Assembly (NCBI GenBank): GCA_037142615.1 | Contig: JBAXAI010000020.1 | Span: 1 to 64,000, forward strand | Reading direction: 5' to 3' | DNA length: 64,000 bases | DNA from: Spirochaetales bacterium | GTDB lineage: Bacteria; Spirochaetota; Spirochaetia; JABEVK01 | In this document: positions 14,813-25,096 of the stretch, piece after piece | Layout of the letters: each line of letters begins with the position of its first letter | How positions within the stretch are numbered: position 1 is the stretch's first letter | Notes under the pieces: model-generated | Databases searched by the model: none | Seen by the model: the letters and a program-made list of their open reading frames with translations, nothing else | What the model was told of the DNA's origin: nothing | Position numbers and translations under genes: made by a program

Positions 14813-16390
14813 CTACTCGTACGCCCCCAACACCTTCAGCAGCCTCTCCCGACCGATAATCTTCAAAAAGCTGGCCAACCGCGGCCCCTGGTCCTTCCCC
14901 ACCAGGGCTTGGTAGGTGACGAGGAACAGCGCCTTGGGATCGACGCCCGACTCTTCGGCCACGGCGTAGATCCGGTTGTTCAGGGCCTTCTCGTCGAGGG
15001 CCTCGAGCTCTGCGTCGATGACGGCTACCAGCTTCTTCAGCGCGAGGGCCTGCGCCGGCTCCAGCGGCCGCGCAGGCGTGCCGTCGGGCTGGATGGCGAA
15101 GCGGAAGTCTTCGGGAGCGAAGTTGGTGATCCAGTTCCAGGTGCACTGCGCTCGGGTGCGCAGGCGGGCCTTTTGGCTGTCCTTCACCCCGTCGAGGGCA
15201 GCAAGGGTGCGCTCGACGTCGCCGGAATAGGTCTGCAGCAGCGTGCCCAGGTGGCGGATGGTCACCTGGTAGGGCATTTCGGCTTCGCACGGCCCCATCT
15301 GGCTGAGTTCGTAGATGCGGCTCTGCTTGGCCTTTTCCTTTTCGTTCACCTCGTGGGCACCATAATAGATGCGTTCACACTTGTCGTAGTCCTCGTATAT
15401 CTTCAGCACGTCGAGGTCGAAGCTGATGGCAAACTCGGCGTTGGGCCGCGTACCGGCGAACAAAAAGCGCGTCACCTCGGGGGTGTAGACCTCGAGCACG
15501 TCGTCGAGGCCAATGACCTCGCCGCTTGACGAGCTGATCTTGCCCCCCCGCCCCTTGATACTGATGAAGTCGTATTGAAAGCTCACCGGGGCCGTGCCGC
15601 CGTAGACTTGAACCGTCAGGCGGGCCGTGTCGAAACTGCCGCCTTCGCTGTGATGGTCCTTGCCGGCGGGCTCAAAGTCGACGCCCTCCTTGACCCAGCG
15701 CATGGGCCAGTCGATGCGCCACGGCAGTTTGGCGCCCTTGGCCGTGCGTAAGTCGATGGTCTCTTTGTTGCCACAGTCGGGGCAGGAGTAGCTCAGGGCC
15801 CAGTCGCCGTCCCAGCCTTCGATCTTGGTGTCGTCGCGGTTGCAGGCGTGGCAAAACACGCTCACCGGCCACCAGTCGGCCTCCAGCGGTTCGGTGCGAT
15901 ACTCGTCGAGCGTTTTACGGATGTCGTCCTTTTTGAGCAAGGCGTGGCGGATGCCCTCGGCGTAATACCCCTTGGTGTAGCGCTCGGCCTGGTAGATGTA
16001 TTCGGGGGTGACGCCTACCAGCGGCAGGAGCTTTTCGAGGTCGAGCTCGTTGCCCCGGGCGTAGTTTTCGCCACGGCCGAGTGTGTCGGGCACCAGCGTG
16101 ATGGGCATGCGCAGGTACTTGGTCAGCAGCTCAGGCTGGGGCATGTTTTTGGGCACTTTGCGGAACACGTCGTAGTCGTCCCAACTGTAGATGAAGCGCA
16201 CTTGCTTGCCCCGGTCGCGGAGGGCCCGCACCACCAGGTCGACCGAAATGATTTCGCGGAAGTTGCCGATGTGGACGGTACCCGACGGTGTGATGCCGCT
16301 GGCGCAGGTGTAGAGGGGTTTGTCGCCCTTTTCGCGGAGGACTTTTTCGGCGTTCAGGTCGGCCCAGTGGCCAGTGTTCAGGCTGCTCAT
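14813..16390 (-). CDS. lysS: Lysyl-tRNA synthetase, class I
   Basis: SGITPSGTVHIGN, DWPMRW, EPAGKDH, KISSS, GPRLA. Confidence 0.97.
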   Translation of the reverse strand: MSSLNTGHWADLNAEKVLREKGDKPLYTCASGITPSGTVHIGNFREIISVDLVVRALRDRGKQVRFIYSWDDYDVFRKVPKNMPQPELLTKYLRMPITLVPDTLGRGENYARGNELDLEKLLPLVGVTPEYIYQAERYTKGYYAEGIRHALLKKDDIRKTLDEYRTEPLEADWWPVSVFCHACNRDDTKIEGWDGDWALSYSCPDCGNKETIDLRTAKGAKLPWRIDWPMRWVKEGVDFEPAGKDHHSEGGSFDTARLTVQVYGGTAPVSFQYDFISIKGRGGKISSSSGEVIGLDDVLEVYTPEVTRFLFAGTRPNAEFAISFDLDVLKIYEDYDKCERIYYGAHEVNEKEKAKQSRIYELSQMGPCEAEMPYQVTIRHLGTLLQTYSGDVERTLAALDGVKDSQKARLRTRAQCTWNWITNFAPEDFRFAIQPDGTPARPLEPAQALALKKLVAVIDAELEALDEKALNNRIYAVAEESGVDPKALFLVTYQALVGKDQGPRLASFLKIIGRERLLKVLGAYE

Positions 16391-16416
16391 GGGGCCGGAT
16401 TATAGCGGGTGGCGGC

Positions 16417-17709
16417 CTAGAACTGCAACAGCAACTCACCCCGATGCCAAAACGACACCGGACCGTTCTGACTGATCTTGATGCTCAGGCCAAAGAAGCT
16501 GGCGGCGATGCCGGCCTGGCTGCGCCCCCCTCCCTGGCTCTGCAAGAGTGCGGCCCGGCTGATGTCGATAATGTCGCCGCAGCGGAGGATGCGCCCGTCG
16601 CGGCTGATGGTCGTCAGCCCGTCGCTCGACACGATGCCCAGCAGGGAATTGGTGGCGTTGAGTTCGGCGATGTGCTGCTTTTGGATGAGCGCGCGCAAGT
16701 GGTCGCCCACCTCGGTATGGTCAATCTTGCCGATGGCGGTGGGAAGCACGGCCGAGTCCTCGGGAATCAGAATGCTGGCGCCCAAACCTCCCTCGCTCAG
16801 GGCAAAGAAGAGGCTGACCAGCAATTCCTGCAAGTCAGTCGCTAGGCCGAAGCGGGCCAGCAGCGTGAACAGCAGGCTCCGGTCGCGCAGTTGCCAGTGG
16901 TTGCGGCTCCACTTGAGCTGCACTTCGGGGCTGACGATGACAAACACCTCTTCGCGCAGGCCCACAAAGGCCACCCACGGCTGACCGGGCATGCCGGCGA
17001 GCAGGCCCTTGAGGTGCTGGTTGCGCAGCCGGGCCACCAGACTGTACTGGTCGGGATTCTTCAGGCGGACGATTCCATGGAGCTTGAGCTGGGCGTCGAC
17101 CACGTAGTAGCTGTTTCGTCCATCGACGTAGCGGAAGCTGGCCGGGCTGGAAAACAGGTCGTAGTGGAAGTCCACGGGGGTCTCGAAAGGCGAATACAGA
17201 AACCCCGAGGCGGACAAGGCGGCGGTGAAGGCTTCGAGGTCGCTGGTAAAGCAGAACCCGCTGGAGCACCGCTTATCTTCGTAGTACCGGAAGCTGAGGT
17301 CCTGCAGCACGGCCAACAGACCGATACGGAGGCCCTCGGGGTCAGCCTTCTCCGGATCGAGAAAGCGGGCCACCAACAGGTCGCCAAAGCCGATCTTGTT
17401 CGAGAACTTGAGACCAAGACCGAGAAAGGCCTGCGACCCGGCGCTCGAGAGCTCGGCGATGGCGGGCGGAACCAGCCGGAGCAAGTCCATCTCGCGGTCG
17501 GTCAGGCCCATTTCGCGTTCCAGGGAAATGACGAGAGGCTCCTGGTCGGGCCCCGGGCAGAACCAGAGGCGAACGTTCCGCCCTTCGGTCACCTGGAACC
17601 CCGACGAGGTCAGCGGGGGTGCCGCCTCGATTTGCTGTCGTATCCGGGTGTTGGGAATGAGCTGGCCAAGCGAGACGAGCACGCCTTCCACAAGCTGAGC
17701 GGGAGTCAT
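16417..17709 (-). CDS. Protein with C-terminal DisA_N/diadenylate-cyclase-like domain, degenerate motifs
   Basis: GASILI..SSDGLTTI..DG.I..CG.I, GGGRSQAG, IKISQNGPVS. Confidence 0.7.
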   Translation of the reverse strand: MTPAQLVEGVLVSLGQLIPNTRIRQQIEAAPPLTSSGFQVTEGRNVRLWFCPGPDQEPLVISLEREMGLTDREMDLLRLVPPAIAELSSAGSQAFLGLGLKFSNKIGFGDLLVARFLDPEKADPEGLRIGLLAVLQDLSFRYYEDKRCSSGFCFTSDLEAFTAALSASGFLYSPFETPVDFHYDLFSSPASFRYVDGRNSYYVVDAQLKLHGIVRLKNPDQYSLVARLRNQHLKGLLAGMPGQPWVAFVGLREEVFVIVSPEVQLKWSRNHWQLRDRSLLFTLLARFGLATDLQELLVSLFFALSEGGLGASILIPEDSAVLPTAIGKIDHTEVGDHLRALIQKQHIAELNATNSLLGIVSSDGLTTISRDGRILRCGDIIDISRAALLQSQGGGRSQAGIAASFFGLSIKISQNGPVSFWHRGELLLQF

Positions 17710-17782
17710 GTAAGCACCCTAATGCCGCCGGGACCCGAAAACAAGCGTTGACCCGAAGGCGAAGATGCGCTTAACTCGCCCA

Positions 17783-18862
17783 ATGACGACGGAACCGGTT
17801 CAGCTGAAGCTGCAGTTTGTGCTCGAAAAGTACGGGATCAAACCCCGGGCGAACTTCAAGTTCAGCTTTTTCAGCATGGCCAACGAGGTCTTCTTCCTGA
17901 CGGACACCAAAGGCCGCAAGCTGGTGCTCAAGAACTGCCTCAAGAACCGCAGCCCCGAGCTGCTGGCGGTGGAGGTGGCCATCATGGACCACCTTCGCGC
18001 CAACGGTTGTGGCGCCGCCGAGGTGGTGAAGACCAAGGACGGCGAAAGTTTTGTGGCCTACAACGGCGACTACTGGATGATGACAGGTTTTTTGCCCGGG
18101 CACATGCCGTCGTGGAACGTGCGGTTGAAGAAATGACACCAGCGGGGGGCCGTGCGGGGTCTGGCCACCTACCACAAGGCCATCGCCACGCTCGACCCGG
18201 GGCTGGACACCGGCCGCATCAAGGCCGACGATTCCGAGCGAACCTTGGCTTGGGTCCAGGACCTCGACCGGCAGCTGAAGGCTGATACCTCGGGCCGCGA
18301 CAGCGTGGCCAAAATGCTCACGCTGCTGCCGCACTACCTGGACTGGGCCCTCCGCCTGCCGGAGTTTCTGCCGCCCGAACAGGTCGCCGAGTGCGACCGG
18401 GTGATGATCCACGGTGACTTTCACGCGTTCAATGTCGCCTACCGCTGGCACCGCTTTTCGGCTTGCTACGACTTCGACTTCTGCCGCCGCGACCTCAAAG
18501 TGATGGACGTCATCTGGACCTTTGGCTTCACGCAGCGGATGTTCTACCGCAAAAAATACGGCAAAAAGATGTGGAAGGACGACTTCGCCCCCCCTCTGAA
18601 CGAGGTGGAAGACCTCGAAACCGCGTCGCTGCGATGGTTTGTCGGCGAGTACCGCAAAGTCTACCAGCTTTCGAAGGCCGAGATCGCGCTGTTGCCGGGG
18701 CTGCAGATCGCCCTCGCCCTTTACAACATGAGGTTTTTTGCCCTCAGCAACAGCGAGGAAGAATGCCTGGAGCACTTTGGTTGGTTCGACTGGCAACGCA
18801 AGCGGCTGGAGCGCACCGCACCGGCCTTTCAAAAGGCCGTCGACAGGGTGCTCAAGGAATGA
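17783..18862 (+). pseudogene. APH/homoserine kinase type II-like phosphotransferase interrupted by an in-frame TGA at 18134-18136
   Basis: Two ORFs in the same frame; LVLK N-lobe, then IHGDFHAFN and YDFD motifs. Confidence 0.8.
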
Positions 18863-20214
18863 AACGGCGCATTTGGCGCTTTGGCCGCCTCGAAAAGGCC
18901 CTCACCGCGCTGGCCCTGCCGCTGATCGTGAACAACGTGCTCGGTACGCTGATGGGCTTTGTCGATGCGTTGATGGTCGGCCAACTCGGCGAGGATGTCA
19001 TCTCGGCGGTGGGCAACTCGGCGCAGGTGCAGATGTTCCTGTTCCTGCTGTTTGCGGCCATCGGTCAAGGAGGATCGATCTTGATCGCGCAGGCCTTCGG
19101 AGCCAAGAATGAGGAGCAACTGCGGCGCACGGCCGGCACCATCATCGTCAGCGGCGTGTTCATCGGCGCGCTGGTCGGGCTGGCCACCTGGTTCGGCGGC
19201 ACGCTGTTCCTGCAAGCGCTGACCTTGGGCCGCATGCCGCGTGTGGTCGAGCTCGGCTCGAAGTGGCTGCAGGTCGTCAGCTTCAGCTATGTGTTTCTGG
19301 TGCCTGGAAATATGGTCGCCAGCGTGTTGCGCTCGGTGGGTGACACCAAGACGCCGGTGTTCTTTGGGCTCACGGCCAACGTGGTGAACGTCGCGGGCAA
19401 TGCCGTGCTCATCTTCGGCCTGCTGGGGGTGCCCGCGTTTGGCTACCTCGGGTCGGCCTGGTCCACGCTGGGAGCGCAGAGCCTGCAGGGCCTCACGCTG
19501 GTCCTGTTTGTGCTCAGCCGCCGGTCAAAGCTGAGGCTGACTCCCCGCGAATTGCTGTCTGTCGACTGGCCTTCGCTGAAACGGATCTTGGTCATCGGTT
19601 ACCCCTTGTCGGTGGACGGCTTTTACTGGCAGGGCGCCCGCATTGCGTTCACCATCATCTTCAACGCCATCGGCAGCCACGCGTACGCCGCCTACACCAT
19701 CGTGCGCAACCTCAAGGGCATGAGCACGCTGCCGACGCAGGGCCTGCAAAGCGCGACGATGATTCTGGTGGGCCAGGAACTCGGCCGGGGCAACAAGACC
19801 CTCGCTCGGGTGAAGGCCTACGTGGGCGTGCGCCTGAGCGTGGTGGTGATGGCCGTGCCTGCGTTGCTGGTGATGGCGCTGGCCTACCCCCTGGTCAGCC
19901 TGTTCCGCATCGAACCGCAGACGTTTCAGGACGCGGTGGTCTGCACCATGATCCTCGGGCTGTCGATTTTTTTCACGACGATCAACTCGGTGATCCCCGG
20001 AGTGCTGCGGGCCGGGGGCGACACCGTGGTGGTGATGAAGTACACGCTGCTGAGTTTTGTGCTCGTCGGTGGCCCGCTGGCCTGGTTGTTGGGCATCGGG
20101 CTGGGCTTTGGCGCCATTGGCGCCTTCTTGGGTGTGAGCCTGGAAGAGGTGTTCAAAGCCTGGCTGTTCTCGCGCCGCATGAAGAAGGGACTTTGGCTCA
20201 AGAAACTGGCCTGA
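18859..20214 (+). CDS. MATE family efflux transporter
   Basis: LALPLI..VDALMVGQLG, LRSVGDTKTP, LRAGGDT; ATGA overlap with upstream gene. Confidence 0.93.
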   Translation: MKRRIWRFGRLEKALTALALPLIVNNVLGTLMGFVDALMVGQLGEDVISAVGNSAQVQMFLFLLFAAIGQGGSILIAQAFGAKNEEQLRRTAGTIIVSGVFIGALVGLATWFGGTLFLQALTLGRMPRVVELGSKWLQVVSFSYVFLVPGNMVASVLRSVGDTKTPVFFGLTANVVNVAGNAVLIFGLLGVPAFGYLGSAWSTLGAQSLQGLTLVLFVLSRRSKLRLTPRELLSVDWPSLKRILVIGYPLSVDGFYWQGARIAFTIIFNAIGSHAYAAYTIVRNLKGMSTLPTQGLQSATMILVGQELGRGNKTLARVKAYVGVRLSVVVMAVPALLVMALAYPLVSLFRIEPQTFQDAVVCTMILGLSIFFTTINSVIPGVLRAGGDTVVVMKYTLLSFVLVGGPLAWLLGIGLGFGAIGAFLGVSLEEVFKAWLFSRRMKKGLWLKKLA

Positions 20215-20229
20215 GGCCCCTGCCGCGAC

Positions 20230-20949
20230 TCAGGCCTGACAGCGCTCCACCAGAAGCTCGAAGATGCCCAGGAATCCGGGCACAGGGGCGAGGCTTTCGG
20301 GATGAAACTGTACCCCCAGCACCCAGCGACCAGCCCGGGCGGCCTCGTAGTCTTCCTCGAAGGCCTCCAGGATTCCATCGGCACTGGTAGCGGTGGAGCG
20401 TAACCCGGCCCCCAGAACTTTCACGGCCTGATGATGAAACGAGTTGGTCAGCACGGTGGCCTGGCCAAAAGCCCGGAAAAGTCGGCTCGAGGGATCGATG
20501 TGAACCGGGTGGTGCAATTCCGCCATCGAGTTGCCGGGCTGAAAGTGCGAAACACCGGTCGGGTTCTGACTCAGCAGGTCCTGCCACAGCGTCCCGCCGG
20601 CCGCCACGTTGATCACCTGATGCCCCCGGCAAATGCCAAGCATAGGGATGCGAAAAGTGCCCTCCAGAACCCCCCGCGCCAGCGAAAGCTCCCACTCGTC
20701 ACGGCGGAAATCAACGGGCCCCAGAGCCGGGACAGGGACTTCGCCGTACGTGCGAGGAGCCAAATCGCTGCCACCGGTGAGGATCAGGCCATCGAGCCGC
20801 TCGAGCACCTTGATCGGGGTGCCCATGGGCAGGAGCACAGCAAGGCCCCCCGCCTCCTGAACCGACTGGCCGTAGGCACGGTTGAGGCTGTCGTAGTCGC
20901 CCCGTTCGCGGGGGTATTGGTGGGTGGTCAGGCCGATCAGCGGGGTCAT
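20230..20949 (-). CDS. Gamma-glutamyl-gamma-aminobutyrate hydrolase family (peptidase C26)
   Basis: DGLILTGG.D, GICRGHQ, NSFHHQAV, GVQFHPE. Confidence 0.93.
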   Translation of the reverse strand: MTPLIGLTTHQYPRERGDYDSLNRAYGQSVQEAGGLAVLLPMGTPIKVLERLDGLILTGGSDLAPRTYGEVPVPALGPVDFRRDEWELSLARGVLEGTFRIPMLGICRGHQVINVAAGGTLWQDLLSQNPTGVSHFQPGNSMAELHHPVHIDPSSRLFRAFGQATVLTNSFHHQAVKVLGAGLRSTATSADGILEAFEEDYEAARAGRWVLGVQFHPESLAPVPGFLGIFELLVERCQA

Positions 20950-22643
20950 TCGTCCTCCTGCGGGGCGTCCATCAGCGAGCTCCAACGAGCCTTTGCTCGC
21001 ATGAGTTGGGTTGGGGTGGCCAAATGGGACACCTGATGAAGCAGCTCGGAGGCCCGTTTGGCCAGCGTTTTACCTTTGTCCATCGTCGCGTCGAGGGTCG
21101 TGTCGCCCAAAAAGCGCCCGGCCAGAAAACTCACGCGAGCGCATTCGACCAGCGCCTCGATGACCGTCAAACCGGCCCAAGCGGCGGGAGCCTCCAGCTT
21201 GACTTGCTCGTGCGGCAAGGGGTCGGTGAGGTTTTCCGGGTCCGCCGCCCGGATCAGGGCCTCACCCCAGCGGGAACGGTTGCGAATCAGCACCACCAGG
21301 GTTTTGCCCAGGGCAATGAGCACCCGGGCCACGTCGTGGACCGGAGCGGCCTTCTTGGCCTGCGCGGGGTCCAGCAACTGTTCCTTCAGGGTGGCCAGCC
21401 GGTCGAGCGACGACACCAAGGCCTCGTTGCGAAACAAAGTGACCGACTCGCCGGTGACCAGCGAGATTGTCCCGGTCAAGAGTGGCCGGTAGGTCAGTTC
21501 CACAAGGTCGAGAAACCCGACGGCCCAAGGCCCGGGGTCCAGCGCGTCATCGGCCGGGAAGAAGCGTGTGAGGGTTTCACCGGAGGGAACAAAGTAGCTC
21601 ACACGCAGCACGTCGAGGCTTTCTTTCTCGAGGCCTGCGAGCTGCGCGTCAAACTGGTCCAAAGCCTTGTCGAGGTCGGCCTGAACGTCGGGCGCGGCGT
21701 CGAAACTGTCGCGGCAAAAGTAGTCGCCTCCGTCGTCCGGATAGAACTCGGCCAAGCCGACGACCCGCCGACAGCGGAGACTGAACAGGGCCCGCACCGA
21801 CTCAGGGAGCGAAATTTGGTCCGACCGGGACTCTAGCAGCGTTCGAATCGACTCCGAGCCGGCGCTGCGCTGCCCATCGGGAAGCCCCAGTTTGAGGCAG
21901 GACTGGTTCCACGCCTGAAGCGTACGGCGGGGCAACCCGGCAGAAGTCCGGAACAGGACCAGCGACGTTACAACGGGGTCGAGAAGGCCAAACCAGGCCC
22001 GGCTCGTGCGGGCCACGGTCGGCGCCCGAACGCTGGCGGTCAACTGAACCAGCGTGTTGAGCGCGACCAAGAGGTTGTAGTCAAGTTTGGGCAGGACGCT
22101 CCAAGCCCGCTTGAGCACCGCTGGGAGGCCAGCCTGGAGGGGTGGTAGTACTTGGTCGGGAAGTGTTGTCGACAGGAAGACTTTGAAGTCATCGCTGAAC
22201 TTCAGCCGAAACGGCAACCAATGCTTTCTCAAGGTGCCCGAGTCGACCCCAAAATGCATGAGCGACGAATACTCGGTGGCAAAGTAGCCCAGCCAGGAAC
22301 CCATGCGCGACGAAAGGCCCAGTGACCGGCGAGCAAGTTCCACCGATGCGCGCTCCCGCCGGGAGGGTTCCTCCAGAGGCAGAACTTCAGCAGGCGGATC
22401 TGGGTTAGGCGTCGGGGATTCGGGGACCGGCGCATGGGGGCGGACCAAGGACCCGCGCGGTTTGGTGGGACCAACGGGCTTGGGGGCCGCTTCGGCCAGC
22501 AGGTCGATCATCTCAATGCGCTGGATCTTTTCTTCGGTGGCCAAGACCTGCACCTGCACGGCTTCGACCAGCGCCGCCTTCACCTCGGAGCGGGAAACCT
22601 GCAAGAGAGCCTCGAGTTTGCGTGACGCATCTGGATCAGCCAT
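20946..22643 (-). CDS. Hypothetical protein
   Basis: Long ORF coupled to the downstream gene; TACACT-N6-ATG at 22643. Confidence 0.7.
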   Translation of the reverse strand: MADPDASRKLEALLQVSRSEVKAALVEAVQVQVLATEEKIQRIEMIDLLAEAAPKPVGPTKPRGSLVRPHAPVPESPTPNPDPPAEVLPLEEPSRRERASVELARRSLGLSSRMGSWLGYFATEYSSLMHFGVDSGTLRKHWLPFRLKFSDDFKVFLSTTLPDQVLPPLQAGLPAVLKRAWSVLPKLDYNLLVALNTLVQLTASVRAPTVARTSRAWFGLLDPVVTSLVLFRTSAGLPRRTLQAWNQSCLKLGLPDGQRSAGSESIRTLLESRSDQISLPESVRALFSLRCRRVVGLAEFYPDDGGDYFCRDSFDAAPDVQADLDKALDQFDAQLAGLEKESLDVLRVSYFVPSGETLTRFFPADDALDPGPWAVGFLDLVELTYRPLLTGTISLVTGESVTLFRNEALVSSLDRLATLKEQLLDPAQAKKAAPVHDVARVLIALGKTLVVLIRNRSRWGEALIRAADPENLTDPLPHEQVKLEAPAAWAGLTVIEALVECARVSFLAGRFLGDTTLDATMDKGKTLAKRASELLHQVSHLATPTQLMRAKARWSSLMDAPQEDE

Positions 22644-22730
22644 GGACAGAGTGTAATCTGCCCCCGGCGATTCCAACACCCCCTCTTGCTTTAATATATG
22701 ACTTTCACTATATTCATCAAAGGAGTTGCC

Positions 22731-24404
22731 ATGAAACTATTGATCATTGGCGGCGTTGCCGGGGGAGCCACGGCGGCTGCCAGGGCCCGACGCCTTTCCG
22801 AGACCGCTGAAATCACCTTGCTCGAGCGAGGCCCCTACGTGAGCTTCGCCAACTGCGGTCTGCCGTACTTCCTTTCCGGTGATATTGCCAAGCGCTCGCA
22901 ACTCCTGCTTCAAACCCCCGAGGGCTTTGACGGCCGTTACGGCGTGAAGGTGCATCTGCGCACCGAGGCCCTCGAGATCGACCGCACCGCCAAGCGTGTC
23001 CGCGCACGGACGACCGACGAAACGGGCGTCGTCAGCGAGGTTTGGTTTGCCTACGATCAGCTGATCCTGGCGCAGGGGGGCAACCCGATCCTGCCGCCCC
23101 TTCCCGGTGCCGACGCTCCGCATGCCTTCAAGCTGTGGACGGTGCCCGACATGGACCGCATTCACGCGTTCATCAAGGACAAAGGCCCCAAGACGGCCGT
23201 GGTGGCCGGTGGTGGCTTCATCGGGCTCGAAATGGCCGAGGCGTTTCATGCCCGCGGGCTGAAAGTGACCGTGGTCGAGCTGGCGCCACAAATCATGATC
23301 ACCATGGACCGTGAGTTTGCCGAGCGCGCCAAGAGCCACTTGCAGGAACACGGCGTGACCATCGAAACAGGAGTGGGACTCAAGGCCGTCTTGGCCGACA
23401 GCCACGAGGTCGAACTCAGCGACGGACGCAAACTGCCCGCCGACCTGGTGCTGTTCTCGGTGGGGGTGCGCCCCGAGCTGACGCTGGTCAAACAGGCAGG
23501 TCTGACCCTCGGCGAAAGCGGGGGCCTTTTGGTCAGCGACACCCTGCAAACCAGCGACCCGAGCATTTGGGCGGCCGGCGACATGGTCGAGGTGTTGCAG
23601 CGCGTGAGCGGCAAGCGGGTCAGAGTGCCGCTGGCCGGTCCCGCCAACCGCCAAGGCCGCATCGCCGCCACCAACGCCGTTGCAGCGATGACCGGCAAAA
23701 AAGCCACCATGAAGTACCAGGGCGCGCTCGGCACAGCGATCGTGAAGCTGTTCGACGCCACCGCGGCCAGCACAGGCCTCAGCGAAAAAGCCGCCCGCGA
23801 CGCCGGGTTCGACGTCGGGGTCGCCATCATTCACAAGGACCACCACGCGGGGTATTACCCGGGTGGCCAGCAACTGACGCTCAAACTCGTGTACGACAAG
23901 AAGACCAGCCGTTTGCTCGGCGCGCAGGGCTTTGGTCTCGAGGGCGTCGATAAACGCATCGACGTCGCAGCCACGGCGCTCCTGGGTAAGCTCACGCTCG
24001 ACGACCTGGCCGAGCTCGACCTCGCCTACGCCCCGCCGTATTCGAGCGCCAACGACCCGCTCAATCTGGCCGCCTTCGTGGCGCAAAACGATGTGTCGGG
24101 CTTCAGCCCGCTGATCACCGCCGAGCAGGCCAAGGCCGCCTTCCGCGCCGAAACTCACCTCGTGCTCGACGTTCGCAACCTGGGCGAATACGCACAAGGC
24201 AATGTGCCGGGCTCGCTCAATATTCCCGTGGACGAACTGCGCGGTCGCCTGGCCGAGGTGCCGCACGACAAAGTGCTGTTCGTCCACTGCAAAATTGGTT
24301 TCCGGGGCCACCTCGCGGCCCGCATCTTGATCGAAAACGGGTACACCCAGGTGTTCAACATCACCGGCGGGTACCTCAGCATGAAAGGAGTTTTCTATGG
24401 CTGA
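22731..24404 (+). CDS. CoA-disulfide reductase with C-terminal rhodanese domain
   Basis: GGVAGGA, SFANCGLPY, GGGFIGLE, LAYAPPYS, VHCKIGFRG. Confidence 0.95.
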   Translation: MKLLIIGGVAGGATAAARARRLSETAEITLLERGPYVSFANCGLPYFLSGDIAKRSQLLLQTPEGFDGRYGVKVHLRTEALEIDRTAKRVRARTTDETGVVSEVWFAYDQLILAQGGNPILPPLPGADAPHAFKLWTVPDMDRIHAFIKDKGPKTAVVAGGGFIGLEMAEAFHARGLKVTVVELAPQIMITMDREFAERAKSHLQEHGVTIETGVGLKAVLADSHEVELSDGRKLPADLVLFSVGVRPELTLVKQAGLTLGESGGLLVSDTLQTSDPSIWAAGDMVEVLQRVSGKRVRVPLAGPANRQGRIAATNAVAAMTGKKATMKYQGALGTAIVKLFDATAASTGLSEKAARDAGFDVGVAIIHKDHHAGYYPGGQQLTLKLVYDKKTSRLLGAQGFGLEGVDKRIDVAATALLGKLTLDDLAELDLAYAPPYSSANDPLNLAAFVAQNDVSGFSPLITAEQAKAAFRAETHLVLDVRNLGEYAQGNVPGSLNIPVDELRGRLAEVPHDKVLFVHCKIGFRGHLAARILIENGYTQVFNITGGYLSMKGVFYG

Positions 24405-24681
24405 TAACATCATTCAACAAAAAGTGAAGGCCGGCGCCACGCTCATCGATGTGCGCTCGCCCGACGAGTTCGCTGACGGCAGCTACCCCGGCGCCAAAAA
24501 CATTCCCGTGAACACCCTTCCCAACCGGATGGCCGAGGTGGGTGCCAAAGACAAGGCCGTGGTGGTGTTCTGCGCCTCGGGCGGCCGCAGTGCCGTCGCG
24601 ATGCAAATGCTCAAGGCCAGCGGCTTTGCCGACGTGACCAACGCCGGTGGGCTCGAGGACCTCGAAGGGGCGATGCGATGA
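24397..24681 (+). CDS. Rhodanese-like protein
   Basis: IDVRSPDEF, FCASGGRS. Confidence 0.92.
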   Translation: MADNIIQQKVKAGATLIDVRSPDEFADGSYPGAKNIPVNTLPNRMAEVGAKDKAVVVFCASGGRSAVAMQMLKASGFADVTNAGGLEDLEGAMR

Positions 24682-25046
24682 ACGACGTGCTGGCCAACGC
24701 CCCCATCGTTCCGCTTCTGGTGGTCGTCGCCGTCATCGTCGTCGGCTGGGTCGCCAGTCAGGGTGGCAAAAAAAAGAAGGCCGAACTGGCCGCCAAAATT
24801 GAAGCGGGAGCCAAAGTGATCGACGTGCGCAGCAAAGGCGAGTTCGCCACCGGCCACTACGAGGGCGCCGTGAACATTCCCGTCGAGGCTCTGGCGGGCA
24901 AGCTCAAGTCGCTTGGCGCGCTCGACAAGCCCCTTGTGGTGTACTGCGCCTCGGGGGCACGGGCGGGTCAGGCCACTGCCCAGCTGAAGGCCGCGGGCTT
25001 CACCGACGTGACCAACGCTGGGGGGCTGGGGAGCATGCCGAGGTGA
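24678..25046 (+). CDS. Membrane-anchored rhodanese-like protein
   Basis: N-terminal TM, IDVRSKGEF, YCASGARA; paralogue of the preceding gene. Confidence 0.92.
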   Translation: MNDVLANAPIVPLLVVVAVIVVGWVASQGGKKKKAELAAKIEAGAKVIDVRSKGEFATGHYEGAVNIPVEALAGKLKSLGALDKPLVVYCASGARAGQATAQLKAAGFTDVTNAGGLGSMPR

Positions 25047-25063
25047 CCAGCTGCCAAGGAGCT

Positions 25064-25092
25064 TGACGGGACATAGGTATGGTGTTAAGGTA
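25064..25092 (+). promoter_or_regulatory. Promoter of the vapBC-like pair
   Basis: TTGACG-N17-TAAGGT close to the ATG; GGTATGG direct repeats. Confidence 0.6.
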
Positions 25093-25096
25093 TGGT

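Noticed and set aside
17783-18862. Genome-wide UGA reassignment
   Set aside because: TGA ends many conserved genes in the window (clpB, pyk, fabV, dcd)
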